Assembly: GCF_964213995.1 (NCBI RefSeq)
Contig: NC_135801.1
Location: 16,120,001-16,184,000 of the forward strand
Origin: Mustelus asterias
Taxonomy: Eukaryota
Reading direction: 5' to 3'
DNA: 64,000 nt
Shown here: positions 1 to 12,352 of the stretch, piece after piece
How positions within the stretch are numbered: position 1 is the stretch's first letter
Layout of the letters: every line of letters starts with the position of its first letter
Translations under genes and position numbers: made by a program
Notes under the pieces: model-generated
Database searches by the model: none
What the model saw: only the letters and a program-made list of their open reading frames with translations
What the model was told of the DNA's origin: nothing

Positions 1-323
1 TAGTCCAACGCCGGCATCTCCACCTCATGGCCTGTTTTCATAGTTATCACTGTCCTGCTGAATTACTGTTGTTAAACCTTGTTATTTATTTATATAAAGA
101 AGTTCCTTCTTTTAAATGACACATTTGACTTCCTCATTTGTGGTCCCAAGTTACCACATTAACATTAGGCTTGATTTTAACTCTGCGAAAGTAGATGCAT
201 TTTGGGCAGGTTAAAATCTCACTCATTAGTTGGAGGAAGGGGCTTTGTTAAACTCCAATTACAGGGAGAGTGTGAATATTGTCACAGCCTCACCCAGCTA
301 TCCATACATCAAATTAAACTCAG

Positions 324-632
324 TAAGAAGTCTTACAACATCAGGTTAAAGTCCAACAGGTTTATTTGGAAATCATGAGCTTTTGGAGCGCTGCTCCTTC
401 CTCAGGTGAGTGGAGAGGTGGGTTCACAAACATAGCATATATAGACAGAGACACAATTGCAAGATGAGTCTCTGTCGATATATGAGAGTTTGTGAACCCA
501 ACTCTCCACTCACCTGAAGAAGGGACAGTGCTCCGAAAGCTCGTGATACCAGATAAACCTGTCGGACTTCAACTTGGTGTTGTGAGACTTCTTGCTGTGC
601 CCATCCCAGTCCAAAGCTGGCACCTCCACATC
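324..632. mobile_element. Penelope-like element remnant, family A, inverted (palindromic) structure
   Basis: Arms gtaagaagtc...caggtgagtggag and its reverse complement; hammerhead motifs; flanking direct repeat acatcaaattaaactcag (306-323, 628-645). Confidence 0.75.
510..546 (+). ncRNA. Minimal hammerhead motif (core intact, one mismatch in stem II)
   Basis: UCAC-CUGAAGA-A-GGGAC(AGU)GCUCC-GAAA-GC-UC-GUGA. Confidence 0.55.
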
Positions 633-3544
633 AAATTAAACTCAGCCCTGCTCCATAAGGTTGACATCAAGGATGCAAAAAGTCATAGACCTAGCAATGG
701 AACAAAGCAGGAGAGATTACACTGACTCATCTATAGGTCTATGCTGGCACGCCCGAGCAACTGTAAAGAGGAAGTAACGCACAGCACCACAGTCAGGACG
801 TCAGCTGCCAGAAACAGATAGTTCACTGAGGGTCAACATGTGACTTAAACAATGTGCCATCAGCAGCAGGAGAATGTCAGAAGTCACTGAACATTTCTTT
901 TTGCCGCAGGCTCTTCCAGGCAACTGTGCAGGGAGGTGATGATGATGATTCAACACCAATTTGTTCAAGTCACACTCGCCTTGTTGTGACATACTGGTGA
1001 GAATATCAAAACCCAGTGTCAGCATGGAATAGCAGCAGTGTGCATTTTTAGAAAGATAATGACCATTAATAGGAAAGGCTATCCTCACTTGATCTGCAGC
1101 CACTGTCTGTGATTGTGTGATGTGCAATTTGCGTCCAGCACACTCGCTTCTTCTGCAATCCTTATTTCTAGGGTGAAGACGACTTGGATCGTTGACATGT
1201 TTGGTCTATGGTTTAGGACACCGGTACACTATCTCCAGGATGTAGAAGAAACAATTGCAAGACAATACACAGGAGAGACAGGACGATAATGCAGCAGACA
1301 TCAGGCATGCTGAAGCAAGCATTTCAACTGTGTCCAGTTTTAAATTAGGCTGTTATCCTACTTAGTGGGCAGATCAGAGTGACTGCAATTTTAAACTTGT
1401 AATCATCAGTTACTCATTCTATTCAATCATGATTGGTAAGGGGGTGTGGGGGGGAAGGGAAAACTTGATTTATTTTTTGCTGTGGAGAGTCCAAAAAGCC
1501 ATTTTCAATATTCATGCCTTAGAGGACTGGTAAAGTGTCGCTACAAGAAGCATACAGCGTGAGCATGTTAGGAATGATTTATCAGATCTTCCAATTAAGT
1601 CCTAATTTGATGTCAATCATTCAGTGGAAGTCACTTATATATAAAGTGGTCACAGGTGGCACTATTTTGTTGTTGGAGAATTGGATGTGAAGTTGCATCA
1701 AAGGAATAAAGGTATTTTATGAAGAAGCAGAACTCATGTCTCCTTTACTCCACAGCAACCAATAAGCTTAAAAAAGTGCAGCCTCCATCTCATGAAGTAC
1801 CTTCGTATTTAGAATATCCTTTCTTTCAGCAATCCTTCTCCATAAATGTGTCACTTTGCATTGCTCTTCACTGACCTGCAGCGAGCTAACACCCATCTCT
1901 CTGCTTTGTGAACCTTGCATCCTCCTTCAGTTGCAATGTCCTCTAGTTAGGTCGTACCAGCTAATGTTAGTATTACTCAGTAACTCTTTCTTCAAGTATG
2001 AACAGAACTGCTAGTCAAGCAATTCTTTCTTTCAAAATTAAAATGATGATGAGGAAAGGCAATCTAAACGAAAAGGATACATTTACTCTACCAGTGGGCA
2101 CAGGTTCAAGATGAGAGGGGGGTAAGTTTAGGGGAGACACGCGGGGAAAGGTTTTCGCACAGAGGGTGATGGAAGCAGGCACATTAGTAACATTCAAGGC
2201 ATACTTTAATGGATACATGAACGCAAGGTGAACAAAGGGATAGAAACTACGCATCGACCCAGGTTTGGTGGGCCGAAGAGCTTGTTCCTGTGATGTATTG
2301 TTCATTATTTCTAAAGAGGCTGCAGGATCAGTGGCACCAAGGGTATATGTGAACAAATTGTTAAAGGTGTCAGGACTAGTTGAGAAAGCATTTAATAAGA
2401 CATAGATACTGGCCTTTATAAATAGGCGCATAGAATACAAAAGCAAGGAAGTTATGATGAACCATTATAATGCGGGTTTCTCCTGAAATGAAGTAGTGTG
2501 TCCAATACTGAGCAGCACACTTAAGGACGGTTGTGAAGACATTGGTAAAGTTGCCATAGGCCAGGAATACTAGACACAGCTGTGGCGAGTGGAAATGGCA
2601 TCTTCGCACACAGAGATCCATCATGGTTTGCGATGGAAAAGCATGGTGGAAAGTGGAAAAAACCCAAATTGCAAGAGAGGGATGACGAGGCGGGTGGGTG
2701 GGGAAAAAAATGGAAATCAACTTCTGCTTTCTGTATCTTAGTCAGTTTGAGACTGCGGCAGATTGGGAAAGGAATGAGCAAAAGCCCCTGCTGCTCCTTC
2801 ACTGAGTTAAGTGGATTAAAGAACAAAAAAACCGGACATCATGTTACCTAAAAGGAGGCAGTCAGGCCGGTTAAGAACTGGGCACATAGCCAACCTAGAC
2901 ATTGGCGAGGTGCAGAAAAAATTCAGGAGAATAGTTTCAAGAAAGAGACACTTATAAGTGGGTAGATGAGTCCATGTTCATGGAACCATAGAACCCCTAC
3001 AGTACAGAAGGAGGCCATTCAACCCATCAAGTCTGTATGGACTACAATCCCACCCAGGCCCTATTCCTGCGAGAAGGTTGAGAAGAGATTTGAAAATGGT
3101 GTTCATAATGATGAGGGGGCCTGGACAGAGCAGATAGTAAGAAATGTTCCCATTGGCAGAAAGATCGAGAACCAGAGGTCACCAGCTTAAGACGATTGGC
3201 AAAAATCAGAGGTGACTTTTTTTTAAAGCAGCGTGTGGGTAGGATCTGGAATACAGTGCGATGCCAAGGCAGATTCACTGGTAACTTTCACGAGCAAACC
3301 AGGAAAGCATCTGAAGAGAAAATATTTGCAGGGCTACAGGAACAAGCCAGGGTGTGGGATTAGCGGAGTAGCTCTTATAGAGATTTGGCATGGACATGAT
3401 GGGCTGAATGGCCTTCTTCTGTGCTGTAGCCACACGCTGCTTTCCATACTGGCCTTAACTCAATAACTGCAACATGTTTTGATCCAGAGAGAACGTCATA
3501 GTATAAACTATTATGTTTTTGTTTATGACTAAGCCAGACTTTAC

Positions 3545-3690
3545 CTTGAGTGTTTGGAGATTTCCAGTCATATTCTTGTGTGAAGAATAAAGGATCATTT
3601 GGTTCAAACAGAATAAAATCAGCTCCAGTTCCACCAAATCTCAGATATCCAGGTGACAGACCTCTTGCTAAAGTGATCAGTTTCTGAGAT
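3545..3690 (-). CDS. HPSE: Heparanase, second coding exon (146 nt)
   Basis: Translates [30 protein letters not shown]...NTQ (GH79 LRFGGT motif); poly-T acceptor ...aacctag, donor G|gtaaag; phase matches exon 1. Later exons not found in the window. Confidence 0.95.
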
Positions 3691-4212
3691 CTAGGTTAAA
3701 AAAAAAGGCAGGCATGCAAAATATTCACACAGCGATCTTCTCTTTGCAAATCACACAATGTCAGAGAAACAGCAATACATTAATGCCAAAGTTCCTAAGC
3801 CATTCTAATGTCCCACATTAACAAGGGCGGAATCTCCTTTCCCCAAGAACTCCTATGTAACTGAGGCAAGATTTTAATAGTTCATTTGTCTAAGAAGGGA
3901 AATGGTATTGTGGTGGTGTCCATATTCGAATGAAGGGCGCAGTCTAAACTGGGCAGTGCACGGATCCTTCAGTCACATCAATTATTGGCAAAATAATGAC
4001 ATTAGATATCAGGATTAATGAGGATTAACTGAATGATAATCAGATAAATAGAAAGGCATCAGCTTGCCTGAGTTACAGCTCATATTTCCCTCAGCCCTGT
4101 GCAGTCACTATAGAGCGACAGCAATTAAGTCTAAACCCCATTTCCCAGTTGCTCCCCAACCTCCATTTTGAGCTGGAACATGTAACTCAGGAGCTGCGTG
4201 TGCAAGAGAAAT

Positions 4213-4552
4213 CATGATGTGGAGATGCCGGCGTCGGACTGGGGTGGGCACAGTAAGAAGTCTCACAACACCAGGTTAAAGTCCAACAGGTTTATTTGGA
4301 ATCACAAGCTCTCAGAGCGCTGCCCCTTCATCAGGTGAGTGGAGATGAGGACGCTGTGGTCCAGGATGAAGCGGATGAGTTGTAGAATTGCGTCTGGAGA
4401 TTGGCAGCTGTTGGTGTTGAGCACTGAGGCTCAGCAATGCCGTCGTCATGGTCTCCACTCACCTGATGAAGGAGCAGCGCTCCGAAAGCTCATAATTCCA
4501 AATAAACCTGTTGGACTTTAACCTGGTATTGTGAGACTTCTTACTGTGCCCT
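4213..4552. mobile_element. Penelope-like remnant, family A, inverted structure
   Basis: Same arms in opposite polarity; direct repeat agagaaat at 4205-4212 and 4553-4560. Confidence 0.75.
4459..4495 (+). ncRNA. Minimal hammerhead motif (core and stem II intact, stem I decayed)
   Basis: UCAC-CUGAUGA-A-GGAGC(AGC)GCUCC-GAAA-GC-UC-AUAA. Confidence 0.5.
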
Positions 4553-4714
4553 AGAGAAATGAGTTAATGGTGTTTTGCACTTTCAGAGTAATTGCATATT
4601 CAAAATTTCCAAAGCTAGAGGGGGGATGTAGATCAAAACTTGGGATTTATTTTTTTATGCCTAGGATCAATTTTTTTAGCATCTTGGGATATTTTCTATG
4701 TTAACGCGTGGTAA

Positions 4715-5045
4715 AACGTAGGAACAGGAGTAAGCCATTCAGCCCATTGAGCCTGTTCCGCCATTCAATGCAATCATGGCTGATCATCCACTTCAATTAT
4801 TTTTCTACCCTCACTCTCTCTCCATTATTGGTATTTAGAAATCTCTGCTTTAAACATACTCGATGACTGAGCTTCCCCATCCCTGTGGGGCAGAGAATTC
4901 CAAAGATTCACAACAATCAAAGTAAAAATAATTATGCCCTTCTCGGTCCTAAGTGGCTTTCCCCTTATTTTAAGATCGTGTCCCCTGGTTCGAGTCTCCC
5001 CAACCAGGGGAAACATTTTACCCACATCCACCCTGTATATCCCTT
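4715..5045 (-). mobile_element. CR1 LINE 3' end
   Basis: MFPLVGETRTRGHDLKIRG...VVNLWNSLP. Confidence 0.85.
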
Positions 5046-5713
5046 CAGGTATTAGTCAAAGTTACGGTACTGTAAAGGAATTGCAAATCATTTGGAAGTT
5101 AATAAGTTGCTACCAAGGAATGAATGAAAATATTTCCATTTATATTGCACCCATCATATCCTCAGGGTGTTTTTAAGTGTTTCACATCCTATGGCATATT
5201 TCTATAGCCAAGATTGTGTTGCAGCCACCAATATGTGCACAGAAAGATCCCACAAACAACAATGAGTCAAATGAATTAAAAACCGTTTTGAGTGATGTTG
5301 GTTGAACAATAAATATTAGCCAGGACACCAGCGGAACTCCACTGATATTCTTTGGAAAATGCCAGGTGATTTTTCAGATGTTGAAATAACTCCTTCAAGG
5401 CCGGTGTCCCTTCACCAAACTTAGATTTATTTACACAGATAGCAACACTCAGACAGGTACTTCCTCGTACTGAGTATAAACCCAGAGTGCCAGTAACCCT
5501 GACACTCCACAGTATACGCACAGGCAAGGTTCCTTGACTGGTTACTGTCTTAATCAGGGAGCTCATATTCTAGGAGGTCCACATCGTGGGGCCTGGTTAA
5601 AGTCATTACAGATGTGCTCCCAGTTTCATCTGAAGGAAGGCACCTCTGACAATGCAGCACTTCATTAGTACTGGAGTACTGGATTGGGAGATGTGCAATA
5701 ATATCCGGAGTCA

Positions 5714-5843
5714 GGGGATGGAATTTTACCGGCACGTCCGCCCGGGTTTTGTCTGATCCAGCCCGAGGTCAACGGAGAATGCTGTTCTCCGACCCTCGCC
5801 TGCCCCCGGAAACGGGGCGGGCGTGCCGGTAAAAGTCCGGCCA
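5714..5843. mobile_element. MITE with GG..GGAATTTT terminal inverted repeats; relatives at ~10951-11160, 11421-11556, 24716-24905, 36346-36528, 48596-48723
   Basis: ggaattttaccggcacg...cgtgccggtaaaagtcc inverted ends; GC-rich non-coding interior. Confidence 0.7.
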
Positions 5844-6291
5844 GGGACTCTGTTATTTATACAACATGGGTAAAGAGGAAATGAGATAGACTTTCTGTAA
5901 TAAACTTGGGTAATTCCAGATAAGTGAACGTATATTTTCTGCGCATTAAGAGACTGACATCAGAGAAACAACCCCAGTTTAAAAATAGCTGTTTCAATTG
6001 AGTGCTTTACTTGGTCTTCAATGTTTTAATAATCATGTTTACCATATGAAAACAGAGTTGATATGTTGAATAAAGGTTTTTGTTGACATTATCAACTGCT
6101 GAACAATGCACTCACAGGGTCAAATTCAACATCACTGTGTTTCCCCAAGCAGCTGTTTTTAGTGGGACCTGAAAGGATTACGAGAAAATACTGGAACCCC
6201 ATTGTGTCCAGAGCAAATTCTGACCAATATTGAGCAGAAGCCAGCTTGCCAATTCCCCACTCTTCGTGGCTCATTTTGGAAGTCCTGCTCA

Positions 6292-6788
6292 CCCCCCTGG
6301 GATTGTACCCCACTGATCAATCTGTATAATAACCCCCCTGGGATTGTACCCCACTGGTTAGTCTGTACAATAACCCCCCCGGGATTGTATCCCACTGGTT
6401 AGTCTGTATAATAACCCCCCCCCCCCGGGATTGTACCCCACTGGTTAGTCTGTACAATAACCCCCCTGGGATTGTACCCCACTGGTTAGTCTGTACAATA
6501 ACCCCCCCGGGATTGTATCCCACTGGTTAGTCTGTACAATAACCCCCCCTGGGATTGTACCCCACTGGTTGGTCTGTACAATAACCCCCCCGGGATTGTA
6601 TCCCACTGGTTAGTCTGTACAATAACCTCCCTGCAATTGTACCCACTGGTCAGTCTGTACAATACCCGCACCCCCCCTTGATTGTACCTACTTGGGTCAG
6701 TTTATTTTGTACTCAGTACTGCACCTCCCCCACCCTGGATTGTACCCACTGGTCAGTGAATATAGTTTCCCCAGGATCACAGAATTGT
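6292..6788 (+). repeat. ~41-bp minisatellite, left array, HPSE intron 1
   Basis: Unit cccccctgggattgtaccccactggttagtctgtacaataa, about 11 copies. Confidence 0.95.
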
Positions 6789-7089
6789 GACCCCACAAAC
6801 AACAGAGGGCCTTCCCTCATTAACCCCACCCACCGCCACCACATCATCTCTTCCTGCAGTGAGTACAAACACGGTAAGAACAGATACAAAAAAGGAAAAG
6901 CGAGATGAAAGGAAGAAAAAATAAGATTAAAAAAAAGAGAGATGAAAGTGATGGGGAGAAAAAGAGCACACACTGGGAGGCGCAGAGATGAATAGATGAA
7001 CAAAGAGACAGATAGAAAGAATAAGAGTAATGCAACAAACACTATTACAATCCCCCAAGGGTTACTGTATGTTGTGGTTACAATTCTGG

Positions 7090-7495
7090 CAAAGTTAAGA
7101 CTCTTTACCTGGGAGAAGAGAAGGCTGAGAGGAGATTTGGCAGAGGCATTCAAAATCGTGAGAGGTCTGGACAGAGTAGGTAGGGAAATCCACTCAAGAA
7201 AGGATGGAGATCAAGAGCACACTGATTTCAAGTAATTGGCACAAAATAAAAGCAAAAATAACAAGCCAAACAACTTTTTCACACATCATGCGGTTTAGGT
7301 CTGGAATTCACTGCCTGTGAGTGTGGTGGAGGCAGGTTCAATTCAAATATTCACAAGGGAAGTAGATTGTTATCTGAAAAGGAAGAATGTGGGGAGAAGC
7401 AGGGGAATGGCATTAAATTAATTGCTCATTTGCAGAGCCGGTGCAAACACTTTGAACCAAACAGCCTCTTTTTGCCCAATAACAATTCTGTGATC
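7090..7495 (+). mobile_element. CR1-like LINE 3' end between the two minisatellite arrays
   Basis: LFTWEKRRLRGDLAEAFKIVRGLDRV; ends in an aacaattctgtgat tail as at 10842. Confidence 0.8.
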
Positions 7496-8100
7496 CTGGG
7501 GAAACTATATACACTGACCAGTGGGTACAATCCAGGGTGGGGGAGGTGCAGTACTGAGTACAAAATACTCAGTAGGTACAATCGCAGGGGATTATTGTAC
7601 AGACTGACCAGTGGGTACAATCCCCGGGGAGGGGGGGGGGGGGAGTACAATTCCAAGGGGATTATTGTACAGACTGACCAGTGGGTACAATCCCAGTGGG
7701 GGTTATTGTACAGACTGACCAGTGGGGTACAATCGCAGTGAGGATTATTGTGCACACTGACCAGTGGGGTACAATAGCAGTGGGGATTATTGTGCACACT
7801 GACCAGTGAGGTACAATCCCAGGGGGGTTATCGTATAGACTGCCCAGTGGGGTACAATCCTGGGGGGAGGGGGAGAGGAGGTGTATAGATTGACTAGTGG
7901 GTATAATCGCAGGGGGGTTATGGTACACAGTGACCAGTGGGGTACAATCCCAGTTTGGGGAGATTATTGTATAAACTAAACAATGTGTACAATATAAACC
8001 GACCATATAAGTCCAATGGGAGTTACTATATAAACTGACCAGTGGATTGAATCCCTTTATTAAATACACTGACCAGTGGGTACAGTCACGGGCTGGGGGT
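7482..8100 (-). repeat. Same ~41-bp minisatellite in inverted orientation, right array
   Basis: Units ttattgtacagactgaccagtggggtacaatccc are the reverse complement of the left array; more diverged toward exon 1. Confidence 0.93.
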
Positions 8101-8149
8101 TACCATGAAGCTCTCCTCGCGGTTTACCGACAGTATCTGGGTCACTTAC

Positions 8150-8346
8150 CGGAGTAAATCCAGGCTCTGTGTCCGGAGCAGAGAGGCGTCCAGAGCCACC
8201 GACAGGAACCGAGGGCTGACAGTGCGCAGGGAGTGGGTGAACTCGGGATGAACTCGCACACACTCGGAGCCCGGGGAAGCGGCGTGGAGCCCGGGCAGCA
8301 TCGCACACATAACACAGGGCAGCAGCCAGAGGGCCGGGGAGCTCAT
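8150..8346 (-). CDS. HPSE: Heparanase, first coding exon (signal peptide and N-terminus)
   Basis: MSSPALWLLPCVMCAMLPGLHAAS...RTVSPRFLSVALDASL resembles the HPSE N-terminal motif VSPSFLSVTIDA; Kozak gaccATG; donor CG|gtaagt (phase 2); adjacent to HELQ as in other vertebrates. Confidence 0.92.
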
Positions 8347-8932
8347 GGTCCCAGTTTAAACTCCCTCCCTCCGTGCAGTCAGTGAGGCAGGCGCTGTCCC
8401 TGTCCCGGGACTGCAGCTCTCCCTACACCAGGCAGCGCTGATCTCACTCTCCAAAGCGCAGCTTAAAGCTGTCAAATGCCCAATCTGGCTTCTTTCTGCA
8501 CAGTTAAAAGGAATTTTCCAGGCGGAAGCCTCCTAACTCTTTCCCTACTGCAGGTAGGTCAGTTGTCATCTGATCCAAGTGGCAAAGAGCCAGCAGCAGA
8601 TTGCACTAGCACCGAATGAATCACTGACCCGCCTTCCACCGACAACCCAGAACAGGGAAGCATCAGCATTCTGTGTGTGAGTGAATGTGTGAATGAAACA
8701 CTTGCATCTTCACTGGCAAGGCATGACAAACCCTGCAAAAACACTAAGTGACATTTACAGCCGCTATCTACCTATCCAGTTAAGAACCCGACACTTCCGG
8801 GGAGACTTTTGAAAAACTTCAAAGGTAAATCGACAACTTGACTCTGCTGCTGAGTTTAATTTGATCTGTGGTTTCAAGACCTCAAAGATTGACCGCTGTG
8901 AAGACGGAAATCCTGACATGAGCCTGGTTTTC

Positions 8933-9562
8933 AAGTTTAAGTTTATTTATTGGTGTCACAAGTAGGCTCACATTAACACTGCAATGAAGTTATTGTGAAA
9001 ATCCCCTAGTTGCCACACCCCAGCGCCTGTTCGGGTACACTGAGGGAGAATTTAGCATAGCCAATGCACCTAACCAGCATGTCTTTTGGTCTGTGGGAGG
9101 AAACCAGAGTAAAGTAAAAGTAAAGTTTGTTTATTAGTCACAAGTAAGGTTTACATTAACACTGCAATTAAAATTCCCCTCGTCACCACACTCCAGCGCC
9201 TGTTCAGGTAAATACACCTAACCAGCACGTCTTTCAGACTGTGGGAGGAAACCAGAGCACCCAGAGGAAACCCATGCAGACACGAGGAGAACATGCAGAC
9301 ACCGCACAGACCGTGACCCAAGCTGGGAATCGAACCCGGGTCCCTGACACTGTGAGGCAGCAGTGTTAACCACTGTGCCGCCCTCAATGCACCTAACATG
9401 TCTTTTGGACTGTGGGAGGAAACCGGAGCACCCGGAGGAAACCCACGCAGTCACGGGGAGAACGTGCAGACTCCACGCAGACAGTGACCCGAGCTGGGAA
9501 TTGAACCAGGGTCCCTGGCGCTGTGAGGCAGCAGTGCTAACCATTGTGACACTGTGCCGCCC
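8933..9562 (-). mobile_element. Three tandem V-SINE (HE1-like) copies
   Basis: tRNA-like head, V-domain ctgcgtgggtttcctccgggtgctccggtttcctcccacagtcc, type-B tail. Confidence 0.9.
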
Positions 9563-10040
9563 TCACAAGTTTGTGTTACTTACAAGTTCTAGCCGTGTAG
9601 TGTGAAAAGTCATAATTTTTTTCATCTATATACTTCAAAGGACTCCAGTGTACAATATTCATACAATATTTAGCAGATCCCTTATGGTTGCTACTCATAC
9701 TGAGTTTAATGATTGCGTTTATCCGATATGCAACTCACAACAGCTAAATCACTAAATTATGGTGATTGGATTACTCAAGCTGTTTTTATTACTCAGTATC
9801 GTACAGAGCTGAAGTATCGTGTTCAATTCCAGGTGCTGCACATTGGGAAAGATGTGAATGCATTAGAGATATATTATAGAGATTTACCAGAATGGTTCCA
9901 GGGATGAGGAACATCAGCTGTGAAGACAGTATGGAGAAGTTGGGACTGCTTTCCTTGGATCAGAGAAGGCTCAGAGGAGATCTGATAGAGGCATTCAGAA
10001 TCATGAGGAGGTCTGGATGGAGTACATGGGGAGAAATTGT

Positions 10041-10220
10041 AACGAAAACGGAAAATGCTGGAAAATCTCAGCAGGTCTGACAGCATGTGTGGAGAGCGAA
10101 TAGAGTCAATGTTTCGAGTCGGAATCTTCTCTCCACAGATGCTGTCAGAGCTGCTGAGATTTTCCAGCAATTTTTGTTTTTGTTTCAGATTCCAGCATCC
10201 GCAGTATTTTGATTTTATCC
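10041..10220. mobile_element. Penelope-like remnant, family B, inverted structure, inserted in a CR1 fragment
   Basis: gctggaaaatctcagcaggtctgacagcat...atgctgtcagagctgctgagattttccagc; direct repeat gggagaaattgt at 10029-10040 and 10221-10232. Confidence 0.7.
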
Positions 10221-10381
10221 GGGAGAAATTGTTCTCACTTGTGAAAGGATGGAGAATGAGAGGGCTCAGATTTCACGTAATTTGCAAAAGAAGCAAAAAC
10301 AACACGAGGGAAAATATTTTTCACTGCAGAGGTTCAGGTCTGGAATGCACTGTCTGAGTGTGTGTTGGAGGCGGGTTCAAT

Positions 10382-10687
10382 TAATCTTTTTGACCAACCA
10401 AATAAACTAAATCAAATTAACTGAGGGGTAAATTAAAATGGGCAGCTCCCAAAAGGAGGGGAACCGCCCGAAACAAAGGACGAAGTAGAAAGGAAACTTA
10501 AAACATCAAATTAAAGTGTGATTAACGGGGTCGATAATGCACCCCAGGCCCTGCGGTGTCCAGCGGGCAAGGAAGATGTTAACAGTGCCCTTGGACACCG
10601 CATGCTCCCTCTCCAGGCACACCCAGCTGTGAATATAGCCGCGGTACAGCGACAGACAGGCGGGTCGGAAGTCCCCCTCGGTCGCCT
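10382..10687 (-). mobile_element. Tx1/L1-clade LINE 3' end with 14-bp target-site duplication
   Basis: CLSLYRGYIHSWVCLEREHAVSKGTVNIFLARWTPQG resembles a Tx1-type ORF2 C-terminus; gaggcgggttcaat at 10368-10381 and 10688-10701. Confidence 0.7.
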
Positions 10688-12047
10688 GAGGCGGGTTCAA
10701 TCGAGGCATTCAAAAGGAAATTGGACTGAAAAGGAAGAGTGCAAGGTTCTGGGGATAAGGCGGGAGAATGGCACTAAGTTGATTGCTATTTCAAAGAGCA
10801 GGTGCAGACATGATGGACCGAGTGGCCTCCATTTGTGCTGTAACAATTCTGTGATTCTGTATTGAAGAAGTGATATTTTCAGCTTGGGTTCCATGACTCT
10901 CTATGATTCAGTGAGTATTACTGGACAATTCTTGTTTAAGCATGCAGTTAGGATGGAATTTTCCCATCCCGCCCACCAGGGGAATTTCACAGTAACTTCA
11001 TTGCAGTGTTAATGTAAACCTACTTGTGATAAATAAATAAAACTTTAAAAATTAACTTAAACGGGAATCATAGCAGACAGGACACGCACCACGCAAAGAT
11101 CCGTTGACCTTGGGTGGGATTTTCCAGTCTTGGGGCGAGTGCGGCCGGAAAATCTCGTTCTTAATTTTATCTTGCACATTTTTCTAATGCTCAGAATGTA
11201 GTACGCTGTGTAATGGTACTGGGGAATGGCAAGGGTAGTAGCAGGAAGCTGCTCCTGGGAGAAGGAGGTGGGTTGGATGTGGCCACTGGGAGGATGAGAG
11301 GGGAATTTTGAGACATGGGAACAATGAAATGCAAGTGTGGGAGTTTGGGTATGTGGGAAGGAAGAAAAATAGAGGAAAGGGGATTGTGGACTAACGCTGA
11401 AAAAAGCATAGCAAAATCATCGGCCGGAATTTTCCAGCTGTTCATGCCCTGTTGCCCCTGCAAGGGAGGATGGGGAATTTGGCGCTCAGCCAAATCTCCG
11501 TTCACTGCAGTGGGACCAGAGAATCCCACTGGTGTGAACGGCCCGAAAATTCCGGGCATAGTTTTTCACTGTAGGCAGGGTGGGAGTAGGGAAGGTGGGG
11601 AAATAAATGGTACTTACGTGGAAGATAGGGACCGTGAGATAGGGACCGGCAACAAGGAGCAGCCAAGAGGGAAAAATCTTGGCACTCGGATCAATATGAA
11701 TTTTTTCTAATTGCTGCACCCTCCATCACTCCCACGAATGTACTGTGGAGTAACTGGTCTATTTCCCTCGCTCCTTTCTCTTTAAGTTAATTGATCATTT
11801 TTCAGCATGGGGCCAATCCTTTATCCTGATATTTGGGATGGGTTTACCTCACGGTGTCTTGTGTGCTTGTTAAAAAGTGTCATCCACCCCATTCCAAGCT
11901 CGCCTTTCAGTGAGACTAGCAGTCTGAACCACTGCATCGCACTGCAGGCTTTTGCAACTTTCATAAAAAGTTACATTTTTTATTTCATCCTATTCTCCAA
12001 TGCCCCTCACTAAAACATTTCAAGAAACAATATTATAAATTCAGTAT

Positions 12048-12078
12048 TTTATTGCACATGCGTTTGTGTACTTTTATT
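12048..12078 (-). terminator. Probable HELQ polyadenylation signals (two AATAAA)
   Basis: tttatt on + at 12048-12053 and 12073-12078, followed on the minus strand by U/GU-rich sequence; about 600 nt past the stop. Confidence 0.6.
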
Positions 12079-12352
12079 TAAAAAATATGTAAACAGACGT
12101 TTGAATAATTAAACCTAATTATTTACTTGAGGCTATTTCAATACTTTTTATACACTAACATATAAAATAGACTGCAGTTTACGGATCTCAAGGCGTTGTA
12201 TTTGTCCACTCCAACAACTATTCTGCTTGACTAAATCACACAAAACAAGAAAATAAGTGGTTTAGCATAAAACATTCCACTTAGTTCAGTCACAATAATA
12301 TATGGTACAGGCAATATCTCTGTGTGCCTAATAACGGAGTGCGGGCGATATC

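Larger units (their letters stand above)
9810..10862 (+). mobile_element. CR1-like LINE 3' fragment with two nested insertions
   Basis: RRLRGDLIEAFRIM; interrupted at 10041-10220 and 10382-10687. Confidence 0.8.

Noticed and set aside
373-409. Functional hammerheads at 373-409, ~4302-4338, 15411-15446, ~27449-27485, ~62733-62770, ~60945-60985
   Set aside because: Each has an uncompensated change in an essential core base, so they are counted only as decayed family members
1800-1875. Possible HPSE exon 3 (AG...GT bounded on the minus strand)
   Set aside because: Translation (CKVTHLWRR...) looks like a decayed CR1 RT segment, not heparanase
6713-7153. 146-aa hydrophobic ORF as a membrane protein
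   Set aside because: Product of the reverse strand of a purine-rich low-complexity tract plus LINE and minisatellite sequence
6292-8100. CRISPR-like regularly spaced repeats
   Set aside because: Units are contiguous with no unique spacers; eukaryotic intron; no cas genes
8500-8530. NF-kB-like (ggaattttcc) and ETS-like (gcggaag) sites upstream of HPSE
   Set aside because: Short motifs that occur readily by chance; no TSS or conservation evidence in the window
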